Shown here in pieces: positions 24,659-37,907 of a DNA stretch of 64,000 nt. The notes beneath the pieces are model-generated. The model searched no databases. It was given only the letters and a program-made list of their open reading frames with translations, and was not told the DNA's origin. Position numbers and translations under genes: made by a program. The DNA is from Saccostrea echinata (Eukaryota). The stretch lies in NCBI RefSeq assembly GCF_033153115.1, contig NW_026889761.1, positions 19,902,001 to 19,966,000 of the forward strand, written 5' to 3'. The stretch's first letter is position 1. Every line of letters starts with the position of its first letter.

Positions 24659-24879
24659 TGTGTTTTATCGAGGGACTTTCCTGATAAACAGACTGTTCTT
24701 CAAATATACCAATTCCTGTCATCAGTTTAACTGAACTCACTGCTGAACCCAAAATATGAACAGTTGAACTTCTGTTTAACTGTTTAAAGTGTACATAAAC
24801 TTGATAGAGTGTAAACATGGTAAACAGCTGGTAAAGTGTTTAAAGTGTATAAAGAATATCTAATGTAAAGAGTACGTCT

Positions 24880-25060
24880 CACCAACTTTTCCATCAGCTC
24901 AATGCTCTGTTTTATTCGCAGAAATAATGCTCTTGTGTCAGAAATGAATTTTGTTTAGTTAGCAAACAAATTTCGATCCAACTTTTGTTTTCATTTCTAT
25001 TAAATTTTATTTGTGTGATTTCCGATCCCGATTTCAATAGATCGGTAAATCTCCAGATTA
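24880..25060 (-). promoter_or_regulatory. Probable HELB non-coding first exon / promoter region
   Basis: The HELB ATG is 4 nt after an acceptor at 21212, so an upstream exon is needed. A candidate donor TTG|GTGAGA sits at about 24882. Inference only. Confidence 0.35.
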
Positions 25061-26644
25061 GTAAACAAAAAAAAAAAAAAAACACCAAACATTAGTAGTC
25101 ATATATATTTTTTCCTTTTTTGGGGGTGTGTGTTTGTGTGAATATTCAATATGTTAAGGGGGCGGGGGCAATCTATCTAGTTTACAATAGAGGAGGACCC
25201 CCCCCCCCCAATGTAATACATCACATTTGTATAGTTATCTACTTACAAATTCGCAATTATAATAGGCCAGTAGATACATCCTTTTTTCTATTACAATTCT
25301 CTTTAAAGATTTTTTTTCTATAAAGCAAACAATTATAAAAAATAAAACTACCTTGCGTTTGAACTTTTCCTTGGTTATTGGTAAGTGTAGTGACAGCAAT
25401 ACCTATAATATCTTACACATTAGAACATGCCAGATTACACCACCATTGCGGGATATTATGTCAATATAATCCCCGTGGGGGTGTCGCATAATTTACGTTC
25501 CGGATACTTCGCGTTCCGGCCGGAACCTTAAAATCATAATATTGGTTCCGGATTTTACTGTAAGTTTGGTTCCGGCCATGGCTGCAATCTTCGAATCGCG
25601 GTATCTCTCAATTATTATCTGCCACATGTGCCAGTTTTCATTCAACACTGAACCATAGAAGTAGTTTTTACCTTGAGGATTAAGCATGGCGTAGCGGTAT
25701 GCCATTTTCATGTGGCGCAATGTTCTTTTTATAAGGCGTCATGCCCTTTTTGTACAGCCATTTTTAAAAATAAATGAACAACTGATGAATAAATAGCCCA
25801 AGTAAAGATCGTAAAATATGCTTTCTGATACATATACACCGAATAAAATTTGGTCGCATGAAAGGCTTTGTTTATCTAATGCATGCAAATTAAGTCCCTT
25901 TGTTTATTAAGTGCATGTCAGGTGTGAATTTCTCGATAAATAAACGCAGACCCGGGTAAAGAGGATAGAAGATAAACTAGACTGAGATTACAAAAGCCTA
26001 AAAAGAAGCACAATGTCAAAGATAAATTTGATCAGTAGATTTTAATTTTATAATCTGATAAAGTAAAGAATTAAATACAAAATGGTATAATTGTATACGA
26101 CTGAGAGATGCATTCTCTGTTTAAATGATATTACAAGTGTTGCAAATTCCACAATGTTGAGCCTCGAATACATGGCTTCCATTCCTCATAGATATTATCA
26201 CTTGGCATGAAAATATGATTTATATTCCATTAGAAATAAACAAACATAAAAAATATAATTCACTGATGAAGATAGTTATATAGTTTTTGTGATAAATTAA
26301 CAATGGATATTTCATGAATATGTGGTTTATTCTGCAATGAAACAAACATGAAAACATACCGATATGGTTTATTCCCTTAGAATAAACAAACACAAGTAAT
26401 TAATGAAAATTATGTTGTTGCTGTTTTTAAAGACCGTAGGAAGAAAAAAAAAACAAGGTTGAAATATGAAAAGTAAAGACCAGCAATGTTGATTGTGAAA
26501 AAAGCAGTGCGGTAAACTGAATTAGCTCTTGACAAATATTTTAGTTAAATCGAGGTTTTAGAAAATTTTAAATGATTTTTTTTTTATGTTTTAAAGGCCT
26601 TGAAATGCACTTTTTGGTAACTTCGATGCAAGTCCTACCCACGG

Positions 26645-28665
26645 AGAGTATTTTCAAACATATTTGTTACATGTACTAGGTTGTTTCTTTTCCACTTTAT
26701 TACGCATACGAAGGAAAATTAATTAATTTAATACGAATAAAAATTAGATAACGTTTCGGGTTACAATTGCTGTGTATTTTCAAACATCTTTTGTTACTAG
26801 GCTGTTTCTTTTTCACTTTATTACAAAGATAAAGTAGCCCGGAACTAAAATTATGGTCATAATTAACGTTCCGGGTTACAATTGCTGAGAGTATTTTCAA
26901 ATATCATTGTTACTAGGTTGTTTCTTTTCCACTTTATTACGAAGTTAAAGTAGTCCGGAACCAAAATTATGGTCCTAATTAACGTTCCGGGTTACAATTG
27001 CTGAGAGTATTTTCAAATATTTTTGTTACTAAGTTGTTTCTTTTCCACTTTATTACAAATAAAAGATAAAGTAGCCCGGAACCAAAATTATGGTCATAAT
27101 TAACGTTCCAGTTTACAATTGCTGTGTATTTTCAAACATCTTTTGTTACTAGGCTGTTTTTTTTTTTTTAACTTTATTACGAAGATAAAGTAGCCCGGAA
27201 CCAAAATTCAAAGGCACTTGGAGTATGGACTCCCCCCCCCCCCCCTTTTCCATTTTTTTTCTTTTTAAATCTGGGGTCGTTTTCGACGGATACATATTTT
27301 TATGTATCAGTCGAAAACGGTATATTTAAAAACAGCATATAGAGACAAACGAGTTACATTATTGATAACATATAGTGCATATTAGAATACAAAAATAGGT
27401 AAAAGGTGACTCGACCCCAGATTTAAAAAGAAAAAAAAAATGGAAAAAGGGGGTTCATACCCCAAGTGCCTGTGCCAAAATTATAGTCATAATTAACGTT
27501 CTGGGTTACAATTGCTGAGAGTATTTTCAAATAGTTTTGTTACTAGATTGTTTCTTTTCCACTTTATTACGAAGATAAAGTAGCCCGGAACTAAAATTAT
27601 GGTCATAATTAACGTTCCGGGTTACAATTGCTGAGAGTATTTTCAAATAGTTTTGTTACTAGGTTGTTTCTTTTCCACTTTATTACGAAGATAAAGTAGC
27701 CCGGAACCAAAATTATGGTCATAATTAACGTTCCGGGTTACAATTGCTGAGAGTATTTTCAAATATTTTTGTTACTAGGTTGTTTCTTTTCCACTTTATT
27801 ACGAAGATAAAGTAGCCCGGAACCAAAATTATGGTCATAATTAACGTTCCGGGTTACAATTGCTGAGAGTATTTTCAAATATTTTTGTTACTAGGTTGTT
27901 TCTTTTCCACTTTATTACAAAGATAAAGTAGCCCGGAACTAAAATTATGGTCATAATTAACGTTCCGGGTTACAATTGCTGAGAGTATTTTCAAATATTT
28001 TTGTTACTAAGCTGTTTCTTTTCCACTTTATTACAAAGATAAAGTAGCCCGGAACCAAAATTATGGTCATAATTAACGTTCCGGGTTACAATTGCTGAGA
28101 GTATTTTCAGATATTTTTGTTACTAGGTTGTTTCTTTTCCACTTTATTACGAAGATAAAGTAGCCCGGAACCAAAATTATGGTCATAATTAACGTTCCGG
28201 GTTACAATTGCTGAGAGTATTTTCAGATATTTTTGTTACTAGGTTGTTTCTTTTCCACTTTATTACGAAGATAAAGTAGCCCGGAACCAAAATTATGGTC
28301 ATAATTAACGTTCCGGGTTACAATTGCTGAGAGTATTTTCAGATATTTTTGTTACTAGGTTGTTTCTTTTCCACTTTATTACGAAGATAAAGTAGCCCGG
28401 AACCAAAATTATGGTCATAATTAACGTTCCGGGTTACAATTGCTGAGAGTATTTTCAAATATTTTTGTTACTAGGTTGTTTCTTTTCCATTTTATTACGA
28501 AGATAAAGTAGCCCGGAACCAAAATTATGGTCATAATTAACGTTCCGGGTTACAATTGCTGAGAGTATTTTCAAATATTTTTGTTACTAGGTTGTTTCTT
28601 TTCCACTTTATTACGAAGATAAAGTAGCCCGGAACCATAAATAATGTTCCCGGTTACAATTTCTG
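26645..28665. repeat. 116-bp satellite-like tandem array (~15 monomers)
   Basis: Unit GTTACAATTGCTGAGAGTATTTTCAAATATTTTTGTTACTAGGTTGTTTCTTTTCCACTTTATTACGAAGATAAAGTAGCCCGGAACCAAAATTATGGTCATAATTAACGTTCCGG; nearly identical copies at 27500-28630. Confidence 0.95.
27209..27474. mobile_element. MITE with CACAGGCACTT-type ends and 8-bp TSD, inserted in the satellite
   Basis: TSD CCAAAATT (27201-27208 and 27475-27482); TIRs of about 65-70 bp. Confidence 0.85.
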
Positions 28666-28734
28666 ATATTATACTTTCATGTAAATTAGTTGAAATTGAT
28701 TCGTCTAGAAACATTTGTTAAAAAAACACGATTA

Positions 28735-29190
28735 CCCGCTGAAGGTGTATTCCTTGTGAAGTGACAAGACTTTCTCTAGAATACCAACAATTTTGACCTT
28801 CACCTTGGGGTTGAACTATTGAAAAAAATTAACTTTAACCTTGGCCATAACTTTTGACATTTGATGCTAGGGTTTTTATATTTCACATGTATATTTCATG
28901 TGACGGGTCCTTTCCCTGGGTATCATTGATTTTGATCTGTATCTGTACCCGGCCTTTGAGTTTGACCCACTTTTTAAAAACTCTAACCTTAGCCATATAT
29001 GACTTTTGAACGGTTGGTTTTGGGGCTTTCATATTTCACAGGTATTTTCATTGATACAAGTCCTTTTTTGGAAACCAACATTTTGATCTCTTGACCTTGA
29101 CCTTAGAGTTTAACTTGCACTTTAGAAACTTTACTCTTCACAAAAGACTGCCGTACGGGAGCATCGGTGTTTCACAAACGCATTTTGTTT
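28735..29190 (-). mobile_element. HINE-like fragment (TGACCTTG monomers; same broad family as 59626-60422)
   Basis: CTTTAACCTTGGCCATAACTTTTG monomers and an end GGGAGCATCGGTGTTTCACAAACGCATTTTGTTT. Confidence 0.55.
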
Positions 29191-32100
29191 TTTATTACTT
29201 CTCACTTTACCTAATGTGTTTACGTTAAAGCGTTTTTTTTAACTATTAATCTAAAACAATTCCAGTATTTAATGTGAGCATGTAACCCTGTCTTTGACAC
29301 ATAATCTTTCAATTTTAAGTCTTTTAAAAAGTTTATTATTATTTATTAATTGCTTTAGACATATATCTTATCGCATTTCAATAATAACAAACAATACCAA
29401 ATACATGTAATACATTATGGCATTGTATGGTAGTTTTTATAGATTACACAATCGTCATATACATTGTATCATGATTTCATGGAGAATTACCATATCATAT
29501 ACGAAAAAACTTTCTCTCAACTTAAAAGCATAATGGATATATGTCCCAAAGTTACAGAGATCATGGACGTTGTGAGCACTTAATAATTGTACAAATTTGT
29601 ATTAAACGACTTCTGTCAGTAATACTTCTTGACATATTTTTAAAGAAGCTTTTCAAAATGCAGGTCGTCAACCCCCCCCCCCCCCCCTTTTGAAATATTT
29701 CTAGATCCACGCATGTTCACTTTAACACATTCTACACATTCCACTCTCCCTAAGTATTTTATTATGTCGTCCTGTCTCATAATCAAGATTATAAGATGAA
29801 AGCCTTATTCGACTAACTTGAAATGGAGCTGTGCAGTTTTAAACTGACGAAAACTACGCGCCACATTTTTCGTTTCACGGGGGGAGGGGGATATTTTCCA
29901 TTTTCCACTGCATTCTATAGCGGAAAACATGTTTTAACAGAATTACATAGTCTCTTTTTTTCCAAATAATTATTGTTTTGAAACTTCGTTTATTTATATA
30001 TATCATTCAGATATGCCTTTTGAAAATTGAGGTAGGTGACAAAACAGTTCTGAATACATGGTATATAAATCTCGGCGTTTGACATTTTAGCGGGGGAAAA
30101 TGGACGTTTTATAGTGAAAAATGTGACATTTAAGCGGAAATTAAAATACATATGGATATATACATACACTGGATATTATATCTATGCCTCTTCCGTTAGC
30201 CAGTCGGGCTAAGTTTTCTGCCCCCTGCGGGGGGAGGGGGTAGGATTTTGCGCAGACTTAACAATACTATTCATTTCTCAGGATTGTAAAATACAAATCT
30301 GTATCTGTATTACATTTCCTCTTCAGGGTTATTATTACCAATGCTGATACCTGCGCTTACCTGTATAAATAAAAATGAGTTGAGTTTTATTCAATAGTTT
30401 TTGCTGTGTCGTCGAAACCTTTGCTAGAGTCGGGAACTTAGAAATTTTAAAGTTCGTCATATTTTGCTGGCATTACATTGATTGTTTAAAAAAATAAATT
30501 TTAACCGAGAAAAAAAAATCCACAATTTTTTTTTATTGAATTATAACAGGAATTTGTTTTTCTTCACATTAAATGCTTTATAATTTTTCCGCTGAAATTA
30601 ATGTCTATTCACACTTTTGCAGGTCCTTCGCCCACACATCTCCTATTATGTTCATTCATGTATTGTGATTTAATTATATACTTGGCTTTACAAAAACGCA
30701 ATGGGTGTTTGAAAAAATATATATAAAGATATTAAAATATTATCCAATAATTTTTTTAATCGTAAATATAATTCATCTATTAGCATTACCAACTGATCAG
30801 GCTGCCCGTTGCCGAAAACTCATTTAAAATTTCGGAAATGACACAGCGATTCGCATGACCTCATATTGTATGGAGGAAGGGTGTCATAAAACAACATGAT
30901 TGGGTAGGTCAATGTAAACAAGTTTCACACCTTCGCGTTCTTTTGTTTACAAAGAAACAACATAATTACATATAATTCCATGGAATGGATTATAGTATTG
31001 GTACATGTACATGTATTAAGACCCTATATTCGGGCTTCTTCTAAAGCGATATACGTTTAAAATCCTGCTGCATCGTACAACCCGTTAAAAGAAAGAAAAA
31101 AAACCCAAATTATTTGTAAATATTAATTATATATAAAGTTTTTAAAAGGGTGCTTGGATGCCCGGAACGTTTATTATGGCCGGAACCAAACTTACGCGGG
31201 CCGGAACGTTTATTATAGCCCGGAACCAATATTATAGGTATTTAGCGTTCCGGCCGGAACGCTAAGTTACCCGGAACGTAAATTATGCGACAGGGGTCCA
31301 AATTAATCCTCAATTACTGAAATGTCACAATATTGTTCCTATAGTTGTGCAAAATATCCTTCCTTCGAGGAATCTTAAATCTCTATACAAAGGAGCAATT
31401 TCAACGCTAAATAATGACCAAAACAAATCAATTTCTATATAAATGTATTCAATCTACATTTGACCAGCAATTCGTTGAAATGCAGTCTTTCCAAATTAAA
31501 AGGATGAAAAGCAGTTTCCAGAAAAAAGTGCAGACGTAATATTTGATATTCAATATTCCAGACCTGTTTACCCAAATTGTTGTCTCTCAGTATTTTTCAT
31601 TAGATTTGTCAGTGAGATTTGGCATTTGCCCGTAAGATTTCACTTTTCATCGACTGTACATATATTACTAGAAAACAACTACATTTCTGATTACCAAAAC
31701 ATGGTTTAATAACCAAGTAAAACATCATGCACTGCTCTCTTTTGAGTGATTTCTGTCATTTTTTAAACCACCGCGTTTTGGCAACTTATATGTTTGAAAA
31801 TTTTCTCTTCTTGAGCGATTAAAAAGCGTCAAACTGAGACAGATAACAAAAACTAATTGCTAAAATCCATATGAACGGACTTCCGAATTTTCGTTATAGC
31901 AAAACGTAAGACGTATTTTAGACTGAAAATCCGTACAAAATACGGCGAAATCGTAAGAGTAAACAGGTCTGATATTCTCTCTCTCTCTCATCTCACAGGA
32001 GGTTCCCGTGTTTCCTTGGATTTTTTTTCATCATAACATTTCGTCACAAAGGAGAAAAAGATAAAGAATAGATATTTGAAGGGGTTCAGCAAGAATTATG

Positions 32101-33009
32101 GCATTCGATTTTTATCGAGCCCCTTGAATGAAATATCGATTCTTTCTCGCATCCATTTGTTGGTGCAGAATTTGTCAAATGGTGTTTGGGTGCATGAAAA
32201 AAGTAAACCCCCTTCCCCCCAAAAATCACGTTTTACATCCCCTCCCGTATTACTTAAAATTTGCTTTTTATTGACTAAATTGAACTTCTACATAAACCAT
32301 TAGATTGCATCTTGAACTTTCAGCTGTACATAACTCTGCAGCAATCCCTAATCATAGGAGCTATAAGCCTCGCAACACAGTCCTTTTCCTCCCACTAAAA
32401 ATTGCAAAACACCATGTTGAACAAAATATTTCCATTTTTCCTTTCACATCGTTCTGGATCTGCAATGATGATTCTTTTTTTCTGTCATAAGCCTGCAGCT
32501 CAAGCGAGGAAATACAACCAAGATAATCAAAGTAATTTTATTACTGTCAATTGCAGGTAAAATAAGGAACCAAGCAGATACAAATAGGTTATTACAATAC
32601 ATATGTACATATACCTGCGACATACAGTGCGATCTGTTAATTGAACGTTGCATGTATATTAACATTCTGAATTAACATTTTCTAAGCACTAGCTATATAA
32701 ACAATTAATACAAAAATGTTTCAAAATGAAAATGATAACTATAGTATTCTACTACATATATTTACAATAAAAAACAGTTGGGAAATATTATGCATGCGAT
32801 CTAAATATAGATAACAAATATTAACTTGGTACATTTTTTTCACCATATGCATTCAACATAATCTTCTGGTCAACATAGAAGCACGTTTTCAGTCGTTTCT
32901 TTCACATCCACATACAGGGATACTCACATTGACATAAGCTAGGTTAACAAAAATGTTCAATTTGGTTATATTTCTATAACGAAGCACCTACCCAGCTGTC
33001 GAGGGCACA

Positions 33010-33708
33010 TTACTTCTCAGCTTTAGGGGCCATGACCGCCACTCGTCCTTTGGGGTCCCGGACACACTTGATTTGCTTATAGTCCACGCCCTGTGGCACG
33101 ATAAACTCACGCCTGTAAGACCGGGATATTTTCATCCCATTTTCCTCGCTCTGGTGATCTGCGGAGACTGACACGATGTTTCCACGTCGTTTGACCTTGA
33201 CATCTGCGGGGTCAAACATTGACAAGTCCAGTTTGGTTTCAAACGGTTTCTTATTGCTCTCGACTAACTGCATGTCTTTTTCCTTACCATCTGTAATGGC
33301 TGGAACACTCTCTACTTTAAGTTCCACTTCCTCAGCTTCATTACGCAAGAGTGGCGCTTCAACAACGTACGTTCGGTCATTCATCATCCTTCCTTGAACT
33401 TTGGTCTGGTCAACGCCGTCTGGAATTTTGATGCACCGTTTCACCTCCCGCATCTCCCCGTTTTCGTCGTCTCCGCGGACGTGGCGAGCGTGAACTTTAA
33501 CGTTGCCGTCCTCTACGCTCATTTTTACGTCTTCCGGTCTGAAGTTATCCAAGTAAAAAGCATGGCTCCATTTAGCCGGTACATCTCTGACGGTGCCAAG
33601 TAGCTCATCGTTCAGCACGCTAGAGATCAGGCTCCTGAAAGGTGTAGCAGGGGCATAGACAGACGGGTAAAATGGATTGAAGTCATACGTAATAGGTATC
33701 AAAGCCAT
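33010..33708 (-). CDS. Small heat-shock protein with two alpha-crystallin domains (p40/major egg antigen-like), 232 aa, intronless
   Basis: ACD1 FYLDNFRPEDVKMSVEDGNVKVHARH...IKIPDGVD; ACD2 LDLSMFDPADVKVKRRGNIVSVSADH...YRREFIVPQGVD. Confidence 0.92.
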   Translation of the reverse strand: MALIPITYDFNPFYPSVYAPATPFRSLISSVLNDELLGTVRDVPAKWSHAFYLDNFRPEDVKMSVEDGNVKVHARHVRGDDENGEMREVKRCIKIPDGVDQTKVQGRMMNDRTYVVEAPLLRNEAEEVELKVESVPAITDGKEKDMQLVESNKKPFETKLDLSMFDPADVKVKRRGNIVSVSADHQSEENGMKISRSYRREFIVPQGVDYKQIKCVRDPKGRVAVMAPKAEK

Positions 33709-33795
33709 TGCGCCCCTTCGTAATTTATTTCTGCTCTATAGCGTATTTTCTTTGTCTGGGTTGTTTGTAATATTGATTTGATACAGTGGTCGGCG

Positions 33796-33940
33796 CATTT
33801 ATATATAAAACAGCGCAACATAGTTCTAGAAAAACCTGGAATTTGTCGTATATACGCCGCGCAATTTTGATACTAGTATTTTGTTTACTTATTACGTAAC
33901 ATGAAAGGTTCGATAAAGTTCTAGAATCAGCCTGATTGGT
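33796..33940 (-). promoter_or_regulatory. Heat-shock promoter: TATA box, HSEs, CCAAT
   Basis: TATATAAA at about 33797-33806 (minus); nGAAn arrays GTTCTAGAAAAACCTGGAA (33823-33841) and GTTCGA...GTTCTAGAAT (33908-33927); CCAAT at about 33935-33939. Confidence 0.85.
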
Positions 33941-34246
33941 AAAAATACATTTACCCAAAAAATTACAGATCGGTAAAAAAAAATAATTGTTTTGGCTTTT
34001 GAATCATTGTAGCCTATATACTAAAACTATTCATATAAATATTTTTTAGATTGATTACAAATTATATTGTTTACATACGGTGGCTGATACGGGACATATT
34101 TTTTTGAATGCAAAAGGTTATAAAGAAAAAAGCAAATCTATTCAATTCACCTGGGCAAAACGGGGAGAAAAGTTCAATTTTTTGTCAAGTCCTATTTATA
34201 TGAACTGCTAAACATTGCTTGTTAATCAGAAAATTCTTATTTTACA

Positions 34247-34333
34247 ATCTAATCATAATTTGATCTTTGATCCGCTTATGCAAGGTGTAGCGATCTAGTT
34301 GGAGCGGATCAAAGATCTAATTTTAATTAGATT
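34247..34333. mobile_element. Degenerate palindromic micro-element (family of 37808-37907)
   Basis: CAATCTAATC...TTTGATCCGCT...AGCGGATCAAA...TTAGATTG. Confidence 0.65.
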
Positions 34334-35127
34334 GCTTATTTGATGAATTTTCCATTTAAAAGGGTTTAAAATGCGATACCTAATACATTTTTATACCCCC
34401 TCCTCTGCTTGAAAAAGGGGGTTATAGTGTCATTAGTGATGGATGCATGTACGTCCGTCCGTACATCCGTCCGTTACACTTGAGGGTAGCCTTCCCTTAT
34501 CCGCAACTCCTCCTATACCACTGAATAAAATTTATTGAAAACTTTCACTGAACCTTGATTATATGTATAGTTTGGGTTGCGGCCTGAGTAGGTCAGTTGG
34601 AAGAGCACCTGATAAGTGATGCAGGGGCCCGGTCCAGCCATACATTTTCTCCTTTCCTGTTACATACCTTTCGGTGGGACACATAATAGCAAAGCATGGA
34701 CTTTGCCATTCTTTTTATAATATTGCAGTACCCATCTCTTATTCGCACTCCTCCTATACCACTGATTACAGTGCCATTGTGACCTATTTTACTTTTCGGT
34801 TGGAATATATTTGGTGGTTTCCCCTAGCAAAACATTGACTTTGTTATTATACTTGATAAAGGAGTGCATTTTGTTAATGCAACTGAGTCCTCCTTAACCC
34901 CAGAATGAAATTCAAAGGGACTTTGAAAGAATTTCATTTATGTACTGCTATAAGAAATGCACGTTGCCACGTTGCCATTACAAGGTATACTCATGCATAT
35001 GGGAGCTGGGGAAGTGTAACATTTTGTGAGCTCAGTGATCACACTTGAAGGTACGTGTCTGCAATAGGTTTCACTGAAACAATTTGACTTTATGGAGAAA
35101 AAAGGACACAACCATTCCCTAAAAAAT

Positions 35128-35547
35128 TAGGGCTGGGACGATACAACATTTTTATATCGATACGTATCACGATATTTGAGCCACGATACGATATGTATCA
35201 CGATATGTTGAATTAGTTATAAAATGTTTTTTTTTTTGGTATTGAAATGAACAAAACGTTTCTTCACAAATAAGAATAATTAATTTAAAAAAGTTGTATA
35301 TCTGTTGTAAAACAAAATCATTTTTCACAAGTGGTGTTTATTATTATGTATTTCATATTCATACTTATATTTTGCATATTTATTTTATATATTTACATGT
35401 AACCCAAAATGTTAAGTAAACAAAGAAAAATAAACAAGTCAGAAATTTTTTTGCGATATTTCGATATTTCTTCATACATATCGATATGCGTATCATCCTC
35501 ACATTGAATCGATATTATCGATATCTCGATATATCGTCCCAGCCCTA
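35128..35547. mobile_element. hAT-like MITE
   Basis: TAGGGCTGGGACGATA / TATCGTCCCAGCCCTA TIRs with CGATA subterminal repeats; highly similar to 53731-54138. Confidence 0.85.
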
Positions 35548-35622
35548 AAATAATCTATATGACTGAACACCATAATTTTCATAAATATATACATGTACAA
35601 TAAATATCATGTCCGAAAGAAC

Positions 35623-35695
35623 CACAGGTACTTGGGTCTTGGTTTATATCAATAAGGTACATACATATTTATAAACCAAGACCCAAGTACCTGTG
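35623..35695. mobile_element. 73-bp micro-MITE, CACAGG ends, 8-bp TSD
   Basis: CACAGGTACTTGGGTCTTGGTTTATA / TATAAACCAAGACCCAAGTACCTGTG; TSD GAAAGAAC on both sides. Confidence 0.9.
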
Positions 35696-37807
35696 GAAAG
35701 AACCAGGATGCTGGGGGTAGGGGGGGGGGCAATAATTTTGCTAATACATGTGTATACTTTACAATATAAAAAAGGTTATTTTCAGCTGCGTCCCTCAATA
35801 ATTTTGCCAGTATATACCATATACAATATAAAACAAGTTTAGAATGATGCAAAGCATAAAATCGACCGAAAAAATATTTAAGCATTGCTACAACGCAAAA
35901 TAACGACTCATAAAAAAAGTAACTGAGATTATTATATTTTGCGTTACTACATTTTGCGTCAAGAATAACGAATGATATACACTATTTTTTAGGTCTTGAT
36001 ATCTAGGGCCTGGGCCTTTCCAAATGGGAAAAATAGCTTCATTTTCTTGATATTGGAAAAAAACATTTCATACAAGAAAAATAGGGGGGGGGGGGGCATT
36101 AAAGTATAATTGGACTCCTTCTAGTTTCAATTTGGCCAAGGCTTATCTTATCTAAATAAGCAGAGGCAAAAAGTTTACTTAACAAATTTAGGATAAGATT
36201 GGAATCTGTGGGACATTTGGGGGGGGGGGATTTATGAACAATAAGGCTATCCTGCTTTGATTTTTTTCATTGTTAGGGAATTTTAAAGCAAAAACTGGGA
36301 GACATACTAGTACCTGCTTATTAGCATTGGTGACTCATTTCGCTCCTCCCTACAGACCTTAAAAACTTTTAAGATTATTATGTTTTGTATCATCACATTT
36401 TGCCTCGAGAATAACTTAGAATGTAATAACGCAAAATGTAATGATACACTTTTTGGATACATGTAATTACATTTTTAGTTACTATTACTACATTTTGCGT
36501 TGGAATTAACGCAGAATACAAAACTGATAAAAGGTTATAATCCCTTTAAGTTTTTATGTCCACAAATAATGCATTTTTCATAGATAGTGAGAATATATAT
36601 TGCTGCATGTCAGTAAAGTTTTCTTAATGCAAAAATTACTCCCCTATCCAAAATATTCATACATTTCCTGTCGATATAAATTTTGCATTGATCTCGAAGC
36701 AAAGTTAATTTTAACAAAATGTCATATAAAATCCTTGTAAGTTTCCTTAAAATAATGATAACCATATTTTCTCACTTCTGAAAGTTTCTTGTTTTGAATC
36801 ATTGTTCTTATATCTCAATTTTAATTTTTTTTTATTTATTTATTTAATTTATTTATTTATTTTTTTTTTTTACAGAAATCGAATAAAGTATTATTTTATC
36901 TTCAACTTATTTGTTTAAGCATTTCTGTTATATTTTATTGTAAATTCTTTAAATTGTTGCTCTGGGGAATTGGTTTCTTCCTGAATTTTGAGGGGTAAAT
37001 TTTTACATCTAATTATACAAATGACTATTTCAATTGGTGTTAGTACAATCTGTGTAAATTGTACACAGACTGTCAGGAAGACAAATGTGAATATATTTAT
37101 AGTATTTGACAGTATTCTGTTATAATTATTCTTTAAAGAGCATCACATGGCACGTTAAGCTCATGAAATGATACATTATTCCCTCACTTTTAACCCAGAA
37201 TTCTACAGTGATGGATTTTTTTACTAGTGGTAAAGTTGTAGTGAACTTTAATAATGATAAAAAACAGCCTTGAAAAAGAAAGTGACGAGTGGAGATCTCC
37301 TGAAAAAAGAATCAGTCTGAAGAATTTCTTGGATTCAACAAGTGAAAAACAAGAAAATTTCTAAAGGAATATTCATTTTATTAGGGTTTTGAGATTAAAT
37401 GCAAATTTCTCAACACTAATCTATCCATTTCTCGCATCAATTTTCTTTTACATCTTCTGAAGAAATGTCATTCATAAATTCACAGAAGTCCCCGTCTGCG
37501 TTTATGTTTCTTATCTGTCAGTCAAGATCACAGGTTCCCGAGTAACACGACTATACATGCATAATTTCGCGTTATAAAGCGAAAGTTTCGCGTTCATTCG
37601 CGGAAGTTACGCGTTATAACGCGAAGTTACGTGTTTATTTGCGAAAGTTTCGCGTTATAACTCGAAAAAAAATTTTCCGTACGAAAATGAGCTCAATGGA
37701 TTTTCGTACTTCTGTGTTCCTGGAGGAAAAAAAAATATTTTACAAAACAAAAAACGGAGCATTTTTTCCCCAAATGTATCCTGAAAAAAAAAATCATCGA
37801 AACTTCC

Positions 37808-37907
37808 CAATCTGATTAAAATCAGATCCTTTGATCCGCTCACATAGATCGCTACTTGTGTAGCGATCTATGTGAGCGGATCAAAGGATCTGATTTTAAT
37901 CAGATTG
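37808..37907. mobile_element. 100-bp perfect palindromic micro-element
   Basis: About 47-bp perfect arms with a short loop; GAAACTTCC directly repeated on both flanks. Confidence 0.85.

Larger units (their letters stand above)
25482..31292. mobile_element. 5.8-kb non-autonomous TIR element with TGT...ACA ends (Ginger-like)
   Basis: TIRs TGTCGCATAATTTACGTTCCGG / CCGGAACGTAAATTATGCGACA with ~100-130 bp of CCGGAAC sub-repeats, flanked on both sides by GGGG (4-bp TSD); no transposase ORF. Confidence 0.75.

Noticed and set aside
24882-24894. ATG GAA AAG TTG as the HELB start
   Set aside because: Splicing to the acceptor at 21212 puts TGA in frame, so it is at most a uORF; the ATG at 21208 was used instead.
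26645-28665. Possible CRISPR-like array
   Set aside because: Head-to-tail identical monomers with no unique spacers, no cas genes, and a eukaryotic context.
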